The position numbers and the translations under genes are program-made. Below, in pieces: positions 27,299-40,310 of a DNA stretch of 64,000 nt (positions are counted from its first letter, which is position 1; each line of letters opens with the position of its first letter). The notes below the pieces were generated by a model. The model had not been told where the DNA came from and made no database searches. It saw only the letters and a list, made by a program, of their open reading frames with translations. This stretch comes from Tubiluchus corallicola (taxonomy: Eukaryota > Animalia > Priapulida), in assembly GCA_030141605.1 (NCBI GenBank), contig JAQGDQ010000103.1:1-64000 (forward strand), given 5' to 3'.

Positions 27299-30200
27299 CT
27301 GTAAAAACATTTTAGTTAAATGAGGCAAAAATGAATAGTTTCTTCTGTTTTTACGTTATTAATAATAGTGATGGCAGCGACGACGACGACATCACCACAA
27401 CACAACAAACGGCAGCAACAATTTTTTGTTATTATTGTAAAACAGCTTTTGGAAATTATATAATCACATCAATGCAATTATACCAGAATTTTTCCGTTAT
27501 GAGCAATGCTGAAAAATTTTCTTCTTGACGGGAAGTATTGATTTAGAAGTAATTAAGACATTTATTGATTATGTTGAAAAACGTTCTTAAGACATGATGA
27601 ACAATACTACTATGTAATGATCATATCATTACAAATGAGGCCAGATGAGTGACAATCTATTTTAAATACTAATTATGAAATTCTTCATTTAAATAACTAA
27701 AATAGTTAACAGGAGCGATTTTATAATATTTGCTTTATCAATAATTGTTTTATTTGTCTGCAATTTCACTATGTTTATAAATTGAAATTGCATGTAAGTC
27801 TCGCTTTTTTGTATTGTATGTATTTATGAAAATGTAATGGAAAAATTTCTGGCGCTAAGATAGTGCAGCCTGTGTTTTGTGTAGTCATAGGTAAATCTGT
27901 ATTATGTTAGTACCGCTCTGAGAAAATACACAAATAATCACATGTATATTGGGTTAAAAGTGCAGTTAAAGAAGGTACTCTTGAACATATGGGTGTTTAC
28001 ATACATAAACATAAATATACTCTTAAATATAAAGAAAAATTATACGTCTGTTTGAATGACAATTTACTGAAGGGAAAGAAAAGGGACTCTTAAAACATGC
28101 CAAAAAAACTTTCCAGGCAAAGTTATATTACTTTTATTATATTATTGTAAGACTTGTGTAATTGGAAAGGAAAATTCTTAATAATTTCAGATGTTCGCGC
28201 CACCTCGCAAAATGGCATTGTATTACTACCCCAGTGTGCACCACAGGCTCACCAAAAACACATTATTATTGTTATTGACAGGATAAAGTGATGGAAACCT
28301 TTGCTTGGTTAGTGCTACGAATGTGGTTACTTCACAGAATGTTATCTAAACTTATTCCAAACAACTTACTGTTAAAATGACTGCGTCTAACGGTCATTGC
28401 GTGAGTTTCAATATTGGAAAGAGTTTGCAGTTCCCACACAATTTAAATACTCAATGACAGTTAGCCTTAACCCAACCTAACCATTACGTTAACCGACATC
28501 TTAACCCTAACCTTAACCCTAACCCTAATCAGCTTCACGAACTGATTTATTGTGTGTGGGAATTATTACAAATTGTAAACTTTAGCCTAAATTTTCAAGT
28601 TACGCTAACGCAAGCTCTGTGCGCAATAAGACCGCATGCAGGTCATACAAAATTTCAAGAAGAATTTTTAAAGTTTTATGTAAGTGAAGGGTTTTTCTTG
28701 TAATTTAAGATGTACACTAACGCTATTCAATTGCATTATTAACCACTATTTCACGTTTTTTGCCCCATTTTAATCTGGTTGGCGGTTATAAAAGTTGGAC
28801 ACGCGATCTCCTCTAGATTGACAAGCCGTTTGATGTTGTCTAAACTTCTGTTTTGCTGTGACCTCGTGAAACCAAGAAGGGTGTTAGAAACGCAACGTAA
28901 GACCTCGTAAAGCCGCCAGCTGCGTGCCAGAGTTCTGCTAAAGCAAATAAATGAAGCCACTGCCTTGGTTGAAGGCAACGTCCAGTGACTTAAATGTAGA
29001 TTTGAACTTAAAGCGAAACAGGATGATTTTTCATATCCTATGACATTTTGAAGCATGGTAAAATGTATACATTTTAACGCGTATAACTTAATTAACGGGG
29101 GAGGGTAGGGCCCAGCTAGTAATGACGTCACAAGCGAACATAGTTTTTAACAGCGCAAGCATTCCACGAGCATGTTGAACGTGTCTGCGAAAGCGAAAAT
29201 TGAAGTACAGTGCTAATGTACAACATTCAGTGTAATATATAAAAACTCGGCAAATTTTAAGATAAAAATTGAAATTTTAATTTTACCGCTGTGCTCACGC
29301 ATGAGTTCTTAAACGTGTGCAGGACGTCACAAACGAAGACCTCTGAAGTGTGAGGTATATTACCTGTTTTTGTGTAACAAGTCTGCGAAATGCAGGCGCT
29401 AGTGACTTACTAACGAATGGCGAAACGGATGTAACAGCGAATAACTAGCAGCGGGAACACCAGATTACTTTTGTGTGGTAATAATTCTTGCACGTAAGTC
29501 ATTCTTGAAAAAATAGTATGTTCCCTTTCAATATCTTAAAGAGTAGATTGTTTTGACCTACAGTTTAGGATTGGGTCCGGTTTTCTTTAAATTTGTACAT
29601 TACTGTTCCTAGCTCCTACTGAAATTTTCGTGTTAGAGGAAAATAGATTTATAATAGGCGCCATACCTACCACGTTTAAAAAGTTATAAACATTATTTAT
29701 ATGTTGACATTTTGTTTTCAGTTTGATAGCACTGTCGTTTTACTTTAGAATTTAGTTTGTTTTTAGTTATAATTTCCATTTCAGCAAGTTCAGCAAGTGC
29801 AGCATGTGCAGCATGTGCAGCAAGTTCTTTGAATTTAAATTTATAGTCTTTGACTTTTTAATTATTTTTTAAAATTTTGCTGTTTTTAACAGGCTTTGGC
29901 AGAATGTTGGTTTTGATGATGGTAATTTATTGTAATTTATTATATATATATTAATTTATTGTATTGGTTTTATGCGGCGGATTGTTTATGTGTACATGTT
30001 TATCTAAAAAATTCTATTGAATCGTAAACGTTTCATGGACAAAACGGTCCTACTTAAAAAGCCATTTGTTTTACGAACTAGTTCTGAAGTAAAAAATCCT
30101 TGCCTATTTACACACTTACTTATTAGATGCATAAGTATTACATTTATTTACAAAAATGATGCGGATATCCGAGTTGCACGTTAAACAAAGACAGCTTTTG

Positions 30201-30859
30201 TTCAGAATAGATGTTGTACAAAACAATATTAAAAAATAAGCCTTATCGCAGTTCTAGAGATTGACGATGATTGTGAAAAGGTCAACGGTTAAGTGTACCA
30301 GAGAACGCCCTTGCGTACACTTCACAAAGCCCAAGCTATAATAATAGTTACAGTTTTAACAGCTGGCTAGAACTTTACCAAGTTCGTTTTTTTCTTGTTC
30401 ACAAGCAAGATCCTGCTAGTAAATCACTCCATTCACTGACTAATGCATAACTAACGCATAATCTAATGCAAAATGCACATGTGACGTGAAGGTTGTAGTT
30501 AAGACGCGTTGCTGTGGTACACTTAACCTTTGGCCTACAGCAACTGCGCGTGCGCATAACGATACTGTGAAAGGGCTTATTGTTGTGAAGTCGGATGCAC
30601 GTCTTTGTACCAAAGTCCTGTGTGTAACACCTAAATATAATCTTGTGAACAGTATCTGCAGCAGATATAAGTGGAACCTTACCAGCTTTTACACAGGAAT
30701 ACAGGAAAACCTGGAAAAGTGTCAATCTAGCAAATAACTACTTTAGTTTTTGGCCCTGTGTATTCATTTAAGACAGTAAATCTCTTACCAATCGCCCTCC
30801 CTTTCGTGCCTAAAACTTTCCAAATTGCTCTATGTTAATACTCTCTTTTTTACTCAATA

Positions 30860-31270
30860 ATGTTAAAGCTTTCGAGAAAGTCAGGCTTGTTTCAATGTTC
30901 GCGAAAGATGTTAGAAAGATTTAGTAATAAAACTGCAATAAGCACCTCGTGTAATTAGCAAAATCACTTCAAAGTCGCGATCACTTCATGTTTGAGCGCT
31001 ACCCGCACTGTCAATCTTCGTCAAAAGTATAAGTTTTTACAAAAAAAAGATAGCCAATTTTGTACTATTTTTGAACGAGCATTAGATAAGCCACAGAAAT
31101 CTGAATTAGTTTAAGCAGCGTGCGCTTACGAAAAGCCACGAAGTCTCCCACTTACGTCATGATTTTCAAGTGAATGGCGGCAACCATCATGTGTGAAAGT
31201 TTCTATTCAGAGGCAGTGTATCGTAGATTTATGCTTCAGAGGCATTTCTCTGCAAATTTCTATTTCACAT
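30860..31270 (+). mobile_element. Dispersed repeat family E; inverted second copy ~36410-36800
   Basis: GCGCTTACGAAAAGCCACGAAGTCTCCC (~31122) matches the reverse complement of ~36500-36530, with extended flanking similarity. Confidence 0.7.
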
Positions 31271-31699
31271 TTTTCTAAATTTAACTAAAATATTTCTATT
31301 TTATTCTATTTATTTTTATTATATTTTATAATATTTTATTTTATATTTAACTCTAAGTTAACTATTCTTTAAAAGTGACTTGTTCTTTCCTTTCATACTT
31401 AACAATTTTTCACTGAATTTTGCACGTAAGAAGGTCAATTAATCAGAGCAAGTTTTTACAAGCGAGAATATTTGTTGCAAAGCTGACAGACTGGTCCTAC
31501 TTGAAATTAAGCAAGCCACCTTTTTTGTTTTAACAAATTGCTCCGCACTCTCTACTCGAGAGCGATTGTATCATCAACGCTTGGGCGCAGCGAGAAATAC
31601 TCACAGAGAAAAAACTCCCAGCAGCCATAAATTTTCTATTTTTTGCGTGTTATACGAGTAATAAATGTGGCTTCATTACACTAGCCTTATACACTTTCA

Positions 31700-32002
31700 C
31701 TGATTCATTAAAGGGCTAGCGAAATGTAAACATGTAACCAGAGAAGCAACTCGTGTTCATTCTATTTTGGTAATTGAGCGCAGCTAATTTGGATCCACCC
31801 GCTAGGCCATTTGGGGCGGATCCATAACCAGGACGTTTAAATCCCGTTTGTTTATTAGTTATATCACGTGGCGCAAAAAACGTGCCGAACTTTAGACTAC
31901 AATAATAGTAGAAAGCGAGTGCTCTACAAAGTTGAAATTTCACACCACACTACACTAACTAAAGGCAAAAATTGTTGAGTTTTGGAACCGAATACACCTT
32001 AA
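31700..32002. mobile_element. TTAA-ended dispersed repeat family D; opposite-orientation copy ~51640-51911
   Basis: GTGCCGAACTTTAG...AAAGTTGAAATTTCAC shared in reverse complement; both copies end CCTTAA. Confidence 0.55.
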
Positions 32003-32454
32003 AGAAGTGAGAAACTGTACCAACTGTTGAAAGAAATACTTCCGTCTAGTGAGCAGTGAAAATCGTGGACATAAAAAAGAGCACTTGATATAGCAATAGT
32101 CATTTACTTTTTTTTTATTTTTTGTTTTAAAATTTCTGACTCTTTGGAAAAATCAAAGCGAATTAGCTAAAATTTTATCGTTTATACGTAATCGTTTGCA
32201 CCACCAGTGTGATAATTCAATATTCAATTGGTTTCGCTATTTTCTTCTCATACTATCCTGATCGAAACTTTGGCACATATTTTGCGCCAAATGATACATT
32301 TAAATATGAAATTAACGGCGATACAAGTTATTAATCCATTAACACGTTTCCAATATTTTTAACCCAACTGTCTAAGACTAAACTCTAGCACTATGAGCGT
32401 TCAGTTTTTCCATATTTGGCAATTCCAATGGTTTCCTGTTTTAAAACCTGTTTC

Positions 32455-33728
32455 AACCACACCACACCACATCACACCATACCACACAGCTCAACATCAC
32501 ATCACACTGCACTGCACCACACTGCACCACCACACCACACCACACCACATCACACTACACTACATCACACCACATCACACCAACCCACATCACCACATCA
32601 CACCACACCATACAACACAACACCACACCACATCACATCACCACACCCACCAATCGCACCACACCATATCACACCACACAACACTACACTGCACCCTATC
32701 ACACTAATCCACATTACCATACCACACCACACCACACCACACCACACCACACCACACCACACCACGCCACACCACACACCCCAACACATCATACCACACC
32801 ACGCAGCACCACACCAACTCATATCACAATACCTACCACACCAACCCACATCACCACACACACCACACCACATCACCACACCCACCACACCACACCACAC
32901 ACATCACCATACCACACCACACCACACCATACCAAACCATACCACACCACACCACACCATATCACACCAACCCACATTGCCACACCACACCACAGCATGC
33001 CACACCACACCACACCACACCACATCACACCACACTACACCAAACCACACCACACCACATCACACCAACCCACATTGCCACACCACACCACAGCATGCCA
33101 CACCACACCACATTACATCACACCCACTACATCACACCCCACCCCACCACACCACACCACACACCACACCACCCCACCACACCCCACCCCACCACACCAC
33201 ACCACACCACATCACACCAACCCACATTGCCACACCATACCACACCACGCCATGCCATGCCACACCACACCACACCACACTACAGCACACCAACCCACAT
33301 TATCACACCACACCACACCATGCCATGCCACACGACACCACACCACACCACACCACACCACACCTCACCTGACCACACCACACCACACCAGACCACACCA
33401 AACTACACCACACCACACCACAGCACACCACTCCACTCCACACCACACCACACCACACCACACCACACCACACCACACCACACCACACCACATCACATCA
33501 CATCACATCACATCACACCACACCACACCACACCACACCACACCTCACCCCACACCACTAAACCCCACCCCACCCCAACCCACCACACCATACCACACCA
33601 ACCCACATCAAAACCCCCACCACACCGCACCACACCACACAACGCAATGCAACACAACACAAACACAACACAACACAAGACAGCAAAACACAACACAACA
33701 CAGCACCACACAACAACAACACAACAAA
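32455..33728 (+). repeat. Degenerate pentanucleotide satellite (CACAC)n grading into (CACAA)n
   Basis: Direct reading. Confidence 0.95.
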
Positions 33729-35192
33729 ATAAAAAATTAAAACAAGAGACACAATAATACAACGTATTGCAAAATTATGACGGCATAAGAAATGAAAACG
33801 GCATTGTGTAAAAGCTTTACACGTAATTAACATTTTTTCAAGAGGCATTACTTTATTAAAGTAATTTTCAAATATAACCTACATGTTCAATCAAGCATAT
33901 TTTCAGGCATAGGCCATATAGTCAAAAATAAAATTACTTACCTCGCTACAAACAATCTGGAATCGGTATAGACCTACATCGATCTACTGATTGACGCATT
34001 GAGCCGAACATTTGATTCTCAGGTTGTTTTTTCAACTAACAATTACATCGAGATTTCGAAGGGAAAACACAGCACACGTGGGCGTGCATAAACATGAGTT
34101 ATTCTGAAGGCCTATTCAGTTTCAAATCACCTACAAATGCATGTAATGCATTCCACTAACAAGCTCTAAGCGTTTCCAACTTATGCCTTTTGTACCCTCT
34201 GGTTGTGTTGTAAAATGTAGGTTATATTTGATTTGAAAAAAGTTAGAATTCTTCCAAAAGACTTCCGAGGGACTCCAAAAGAATTAAAAAATAGCACACG
34301 CATCTCACAAAAGTCGACGCTAACGAACTTTATGCGGTAAAATTTTTCTGTAAGTTTTGCTTTCATATTATTGCCCGAACAAAAAGAAGCTGAAGGCCCA
34401 TTTCACAATGAAGACGCAAGAAAAATGACGCACGGAATTGTCGTCCGAAAGTTTTCAGAAAATTTCCGATTTTTCTTGAAATCCCACGAAGCATGAAAGT
34501 TCATTTCGCAGTGAAACCGCGCGGTTTTTTTCCGCGCGTCCGGTTATCTGCAGCTAGTTTGCGAGTTTTGTACTGCATAACCATGTCTAAATTAAGTTAT
34601 ACTGTATTTCTCATATACAAATTACAATTAATAATGTTACTAAACGTAATGTCATAATTCCTCACGAGGAGCACGCGTAGATACAAAATACATGCAGTCT
34701 TATTGTATACTGCACAAAGCTTACGTTAGTAGTAGCGCTGTAAAAGAACTTGTAAATTGAATTCTGATAACCGTTAGGCGTAGCCACTTTAACCACTTTA
34801 GGCGGTTTGAAACAAGTTTAGATAAGATTGTGTAAAGTTTGAAAAAATAATCAGAACATTCGTAGCACACTTTTCGCTAAGTAAACAAAAGTTTAAATAG
34901 ATCAACGTGTTTTTGATGAGCTAGTGGTGCATTGTGGGATAGTGAGACAGTGACGTTTTAGCGAAAAGCAAAAAGATTTTCTTTTTCAATTACATAAGTC
35001 TTTTAAACAGTTAAGCCTAATGCTAGGCAATATAACTTTGTGCAAATATTTTAAAATTCTCTTTTCTTCCCCTTCAAGTGTTTTTGGAATATTATCTATA
35101 CACGAGATACGAACACAAAGTTTTTCTGATTTTGTTTTCAACCAACGTTAATGATTAGCCGAAAAAACGTAACGCCCTTTATAGTCTCAATG

Positions 35193-35312
35193 ATTATAAT
35201 ATTTATTCAGGAGCTTTCACCCTAGCGGGCCTCGTTAGCTGAATAGAAAGTACCAGCACTTTCTGTTCGGTTGACGAGGCTACGGCGAGAGCTCCTCAAT
35301 AAATATTATAAT
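35193..35312. repeat. 120-bp imperfect palindrome
   Basis: ATTATAATATTTATT..AGAAAGT / ACTTTCT..AATAAATATTATAAT arms with a short loop. Confidence 0.8.
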
Positions 35313-35554
35313 GACAAGTCTCAAGAGAGCTCTCTCGTAGTGCAAAGTGCAAAGAGGTGGCAACCAGGCACACTCAAAAGTACCAAAATGAATTAACTTA
35401 TCTTTACTTATTTTTCTTCATTCTTCTTCTTTTTTACAGCTACTTTCATTCTTTGGTTTTATACTATATTGTCAATCCTATCACGTTACAATGAATGATA
35501 AGTTTGAAAACAATTACAAATGACGTATATTTTACTAATTTATTTAACAAGTAA

Positions 35555-36130
35555 TCTTTATTTCAAACAAAAATATTTACAAGAAAGTATAAAATGTGAA
35601 AGCAGAATAAAACGTGTATATAAAGCACAGATATACAGTTTTACAGAAAAAAAGGCTAGCTAAAAGATTATGGTTAAAAGCACAAAGAGACAAGGCTACC
35701 TACATATACCTGTTAAGAGATAAATAATTATTAAGATTTACATCTTTGAACGTTTTTTAAAAAGTTTGCTACTCTGAGCACAGGCCAAGGGGGGGGGGCA
35801 CCGCCGACAAACTCAGAGAGTTGTTCCAGATCTTAATTAATGTGTTTGAGAAAAGGTTTTTAAAACAATCAAACTACAGTGCATTCGACGAAGTTTAAGT
35901 GGCTCAAGATTTAAAAATGCTAATCGGTCAGGGTATGACATGCTGCAAATATGCCGTGTTCTAATATGAAATCTTTTAACGATACACTTACAGAAACTTG
36001 TAAAAACTTATACAGACGCTTATAGCAAATTTTCGAAGTCACTTTCCTCTAGTTCTACAGCAGTTTAACATTGCACGTTCTCGTATGACAAATGTCCATG
36101 TCTGAACTGCTAGATCCAGATGGCTTCGTT
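35555..36130 (-). mobile_element. Decayed CR1/L2-like LINE 3' fragment; similar remnant on + at ~50220-50350
   Basis: FKNLFSNTLIKIWNN and FKNSFANRFINMWNTFPSDIV resemble the FxxRxxxxWNxLP C-terminal ORF2 motif. Confidence 0.5.
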
Positions 36131-36877
36131 GGTAATTGAGAAAACAGTAAATAATACAAACCACTTCTTGTGTGTTTAGCTTTTAGTCTTTTAGTAAACT
36201 AATTAATGGGACACAGTAAAATGCTTTATCAATCTTCTATTCCAGTTTGCCGTACTTATGGCAATTATTTAAAAAGTCTCTACATGTTTAAAATCGCTGT
36301 TGTACATTCATTAAAGGAAAGAACAAGTCCCTCAGTATGTTGGGTTCATTTTACTGTTATCACTTAAAATTAGAAAAATATAACAAAGAAATTTGCAAAG
36401 AACTGCCTATAAAGCACAAATTTAAAATAAACTATCTCTGAGTGGAAATTTTCAGGCATGGTGGATGCCGCCACTCACTTGAAAATTATGGCGTGAATGG
36501 GGAGACTTCGTGACTTTTCGTAAGCGCGCTGGTTAAACTAATTCAAACTTCTGCAGCTTACCTAATGTTCACGCAGGAATATTACAAAATTAGCTGTCTA
36601 TTTTTTGTAAAAACTTACATTTTTGATGCTGATTGACAGTACGCTACGTCATTGGAAGAAGAATGGGCATTGAAAATGGGAGTACCCAAGCATGAAGTGA
36701 TTTCACTAGCTACTGGAGGCTTTTATTGCAATTTTTATTACCAAATCCTTCTAATATTTTTCGCGACCATTGAAAAAAGCCTAACCCCCTAGAAGGCTTA
36801 GCCTTTCCTTTAACTAAGACTAAGCTAAGAAAGTCGTTTGGTTTTCCCCATGTGGAGCTAATCCTGTGCCAGTCATG

Positions 36878-37232
36878 GCTGGGAACAAAGTCACAGAAAA
36901 AACCCGCAAATTTGGCTAGGAAAAAGTCACAGGGAAAAAAATCAGATTAATTTATGGTGGTCAAAAAAAGTCAAGTAACCAAGCAAAACTATTAGAGTCG
37001 GTCTCAATCTTTTTAAGTATCATAAACAGTTAAAGTAATAAAAAGGAAATATTTTAAATCCGCTATTAACTGGCAATATATGATTTGTACATATAGTATG
37101 ATGATGTATAATGGTATTACATGTATATGTGAAAAAATGTTAGGGTTACGCTTAGGATTAGCGTTAGGGATATTTTTTGTTGTTGTGACTTTTTCCCAAT
37201 GACTTTTTTATGTGTGACTTTTTATCTTGATT
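36878..37232. mobile_element. Helentron/HINE-like element with AAAAGTCACA subterminal inverted repeats and a TTAGGG-like tract
   Basis: Multiple AAAGTCAC at left, TGTGACTTTTT at right, TTAGGGTTACGCTTAGGATTAGCGTTAGGG inside. Confidence 0.6.
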
Positions 37233-39739
37233 CATGGCAGTATCTATTAATCAGACTAAAAGGTGCTAATTAATTAATATGATCTCAATATCAAGATTAA
37301 TTAGATTTTGACATACAAAAACATATATGTAGTGAAAGAAAAAATAATCTGTCGCAACGAACGTTATTTCTCAAAAACACTGCGAATTAACAAACAGTCA
37401 AATCTGTGAGGTCATGGAAAGTCACAGAGGTCAATAAATTTAGTGATATTCAGGATGACAAAAAACGTCAAAACAACAACAATTAAAAGGCACAACATTT
37501 TGAGTTTTTACAGTTAACAAAATTAATAATCGCCCAAGTTCCCTGTTTAGACTTTATCTCTAATTAATAAGCCTTTTCGCAGTTTCGTTGTGCGCACGCG
37601 CAGTTGCTATAGGTCAAAGGGTACACAGCAACGCGTCTTAACTATAGCCGACACTGACATGTAAAGCAAAGCCGTTTGCCGCATCAATTCAGTAATTTCA
37701 GGTTTTCTACGTGAGGCTTATTCACTACTTATTATATCCTTTCATTCTACACGTCTGTGAAAAATTATTCAGTAGATGCACCGAGTGACGCCGGGAAGCT
37801 TTCAGTTACGCCGCTGTTCTCAATTTCCTCCTGTTTTTTAAGCGAGTTTCTAAATCAGTTTTCTGACTCACTGCGCAAGTGGTTGTAGTCAGATTCCTTA
37901 CGCTCTTCCTCTTACGTAATTAGTAACATACTGCCGAAATGATTAATGAGTTTTTTGAACGCGAACATGCGCCCGTCCTTCTAACAAGTTTTTCAGTAAG
38001 GAGGCTGGAAAAATAATTATTCATGTTATTAATAAACTATTAGCATGCAACCAGTAGATTAATTATTGACTCGCACCTGTTTTGCAAAATGGCTGCTGTG
38101 TGTCTTAACTGCTTGTTCTTTTCCTTTGTCTTAACATGTAATAGCGCATGGTTACTAGATTGCTACCAGTTTTTAGATACTGCCACTGAGACTTAGTTTT
38201 CTACCAGTTTCAAGATGTTCAATTGAGAGTTAGCTTTCTACTAGTTTTCGAGATGTTGTCCTCATTGTAATATGTTAGCGAAGAAAGATAAGAATCTATG
38301 AATTACAAGAATTACACATGAGTATAAATAAGTATAATTATAAATGTACTTACGTTTTTATAAATGTATATCAAATTATCTTATGGGTAAGTCATTAGAT
38401 AACATTGTGTAAAGTTTGAGAAAGTAATTATAACATACGTAGCGCACGCTTTACTAGTTAAACAAAAGTATAAATTATTTTATTTTATCAATAAGATAAA
38501 TAATGTGGTTTTGGTGAGCCAGTGGTGTACAATGGAATGGCGATGCAGTGTCGCTTTATCAGCAATTTGAAATTATTTAGAATTTTCTTTTCCAATTATA
38601 TATGTCTTTCAAACAGGCAAGCGTAATGCTATGTAATATAACTCTGTATGGAAAGCTTTTTGAGACATACTTTAAAATTCGCCTTTCTTCCCCTTAAAAA
38701 ACGTACCATTTAGGTACATTCTATTGTGTCTGAAGTACGACTCCAATAAGATCGCATTAAAACAACATGTAGCAAGTAGCTGCGATAAGCGGAGATCTTT
38801 GTTCAGTGATTTTCAGTTAAAACAATAAACTTTTACAAAGTGAAATCTGACAGAACTGATGTATCGGTTTTGTTATTGTTTTGACGTCGCTGTTTCAACT
38901 GTTTGAATCGCAACATTATTCCCTCCTAGTATCAGTAGTTACCAATGTCATTAGCTTGATGGGAGTAATTAATTGCAGCCAAGTGTTAAAAACAACTCAG
39001 TTTGCGCCGAAAGTATCGTTTGCGGAGAAAGAATTCAAGTTGTCTTACGTCATCTTTCTCTCTCTAAAACGTTGGGTCCAAAATTGACTAATTATTAACT
39101 TTTTACACTTTGCCGTGGTTGTTAAACAGAAAGTGTTAGAGGAGCACACTTAACAGCTTGACACACCGGAAGCGAAGACAGAAATTGGGCGATTACAATC
39201 CGTGATAGTAAGTTGTGTAGAAAAGCATATTAATGAATCCGCCCTGTCCTGAAGTTTGGATCAGCCCTCCATGAAGTTTGATCCCATAATCCTTTCACAC
39301 GCTCCCTCCTCGTTCAACTTTTGACGTAGTCGGTTTTTTGCGACTTCGCTTTGCATGTAGCATTAATTAGATCGTCCAAAATAGTTAAAGTTGAAGTTTA
39401 AGACGCTGTTTAAGACGACGATTTAAGAAGTTGAAGCTTAAGATGCCGTTTGAGACTCCGAAGTTTAACATGATGTTTACCGCATCTTTTAAGAAGGGTA
39501 GCATTTGATTAAGAGCGACGCCAGGAGAAGGGAAAAAACTTGTTGTGTGCAAGTGTACCTAATTCCCTAATCACACTGGGAATCTCTCTTTGCTTATACT
39601 GAAAGGCAGTATTATCATTAAAAATTGCAGCAAAGTTTAGTCAATTAACCGAGGAAGGTTATGCCAGCAGATTATTCTTGGTTAAATGTCACTACAGCAC
39701 ACATATGAATAAATTCTGAAAATAGGATAAGTTTGTTTT

Positions 39740-40310
39740 AATTTTAAGATTATCATTAATGTGGTACATTTTGATAAAAACTTGAAAGATGGGAAATGTG
39801 AGGAAGTTGGAATGCACTCTGGTCACAAGGCAGACGCCTCAGCCATTAGACCATCATATTCTTCAGTCATCAGGACAGTCCAAAGTTCATTCTTTATAGC
39901 TGGCTAACAAAATCCAGCATTTATAATGTTAAATCGCTCACACTAGAGTGATTTTTTCTAATTAGATTATTTTTTCATTGTGATTACTTGTAATTTACGC
40001 AAAATTTTGAGTATGAAGTTTTCGGGGTAATTAATTCAATAAAAAATATTATAACTAGTTACAACCGCTCTATTTTGAACAATCTAACATTGGAAATGCT
40101 AAATTTGATGGACCAATTATAAGAGATGAGCTTTGGACTTCCTTCGTCACTGGAGAATATAACGGCCTAGTGGTTTAAGGCGCCTGCCTTGTAAGCAGAA
40201 GTCACTGGTTGAATTCTATACTGTATTCTGACTTTTTCACACTTCCTTTCCTTCAAAGTTTTATGTTGAAATTGTAGGCTTGTACCAACAGTGATAAACA
40301 TTTTAGCTGA
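39740..40310. mobile_element. Head-to-head pair of tRNA-derived (SINE-like) repeats; related copy on - at ~57782-57905
   Basis: ~40156-40226 has A box CGGCCTAGTGG, anticodon arm CCTGC-CTTGTAA-GCAGA (Thr-TGT-like) and a damaged B box; ~39740-39905 is its diverged reverse complement. Confidence 0.7.

Noticed and set aside
32393-33848. His/Thr/Pro-rich and Val/Trp/Cys-rich ORFs up to 318 aa
   Set aside because: Translations of the (CACAC)n satellite; open in most frames because the repeat lacks stops.
33942-34105. Possible extra CUB-gene exon (strong GAG|GTAAGT donor on the minus strand)
   Set aside because: In-frame stop in the required phase; no coding signal; cannot be supported without RNA data.
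40156-40226. Functional tRNA-Thr(TGT) gene
   Set aside because: B box has a deletion and the acceptor stem does not pair; part of a dispersed repeat.
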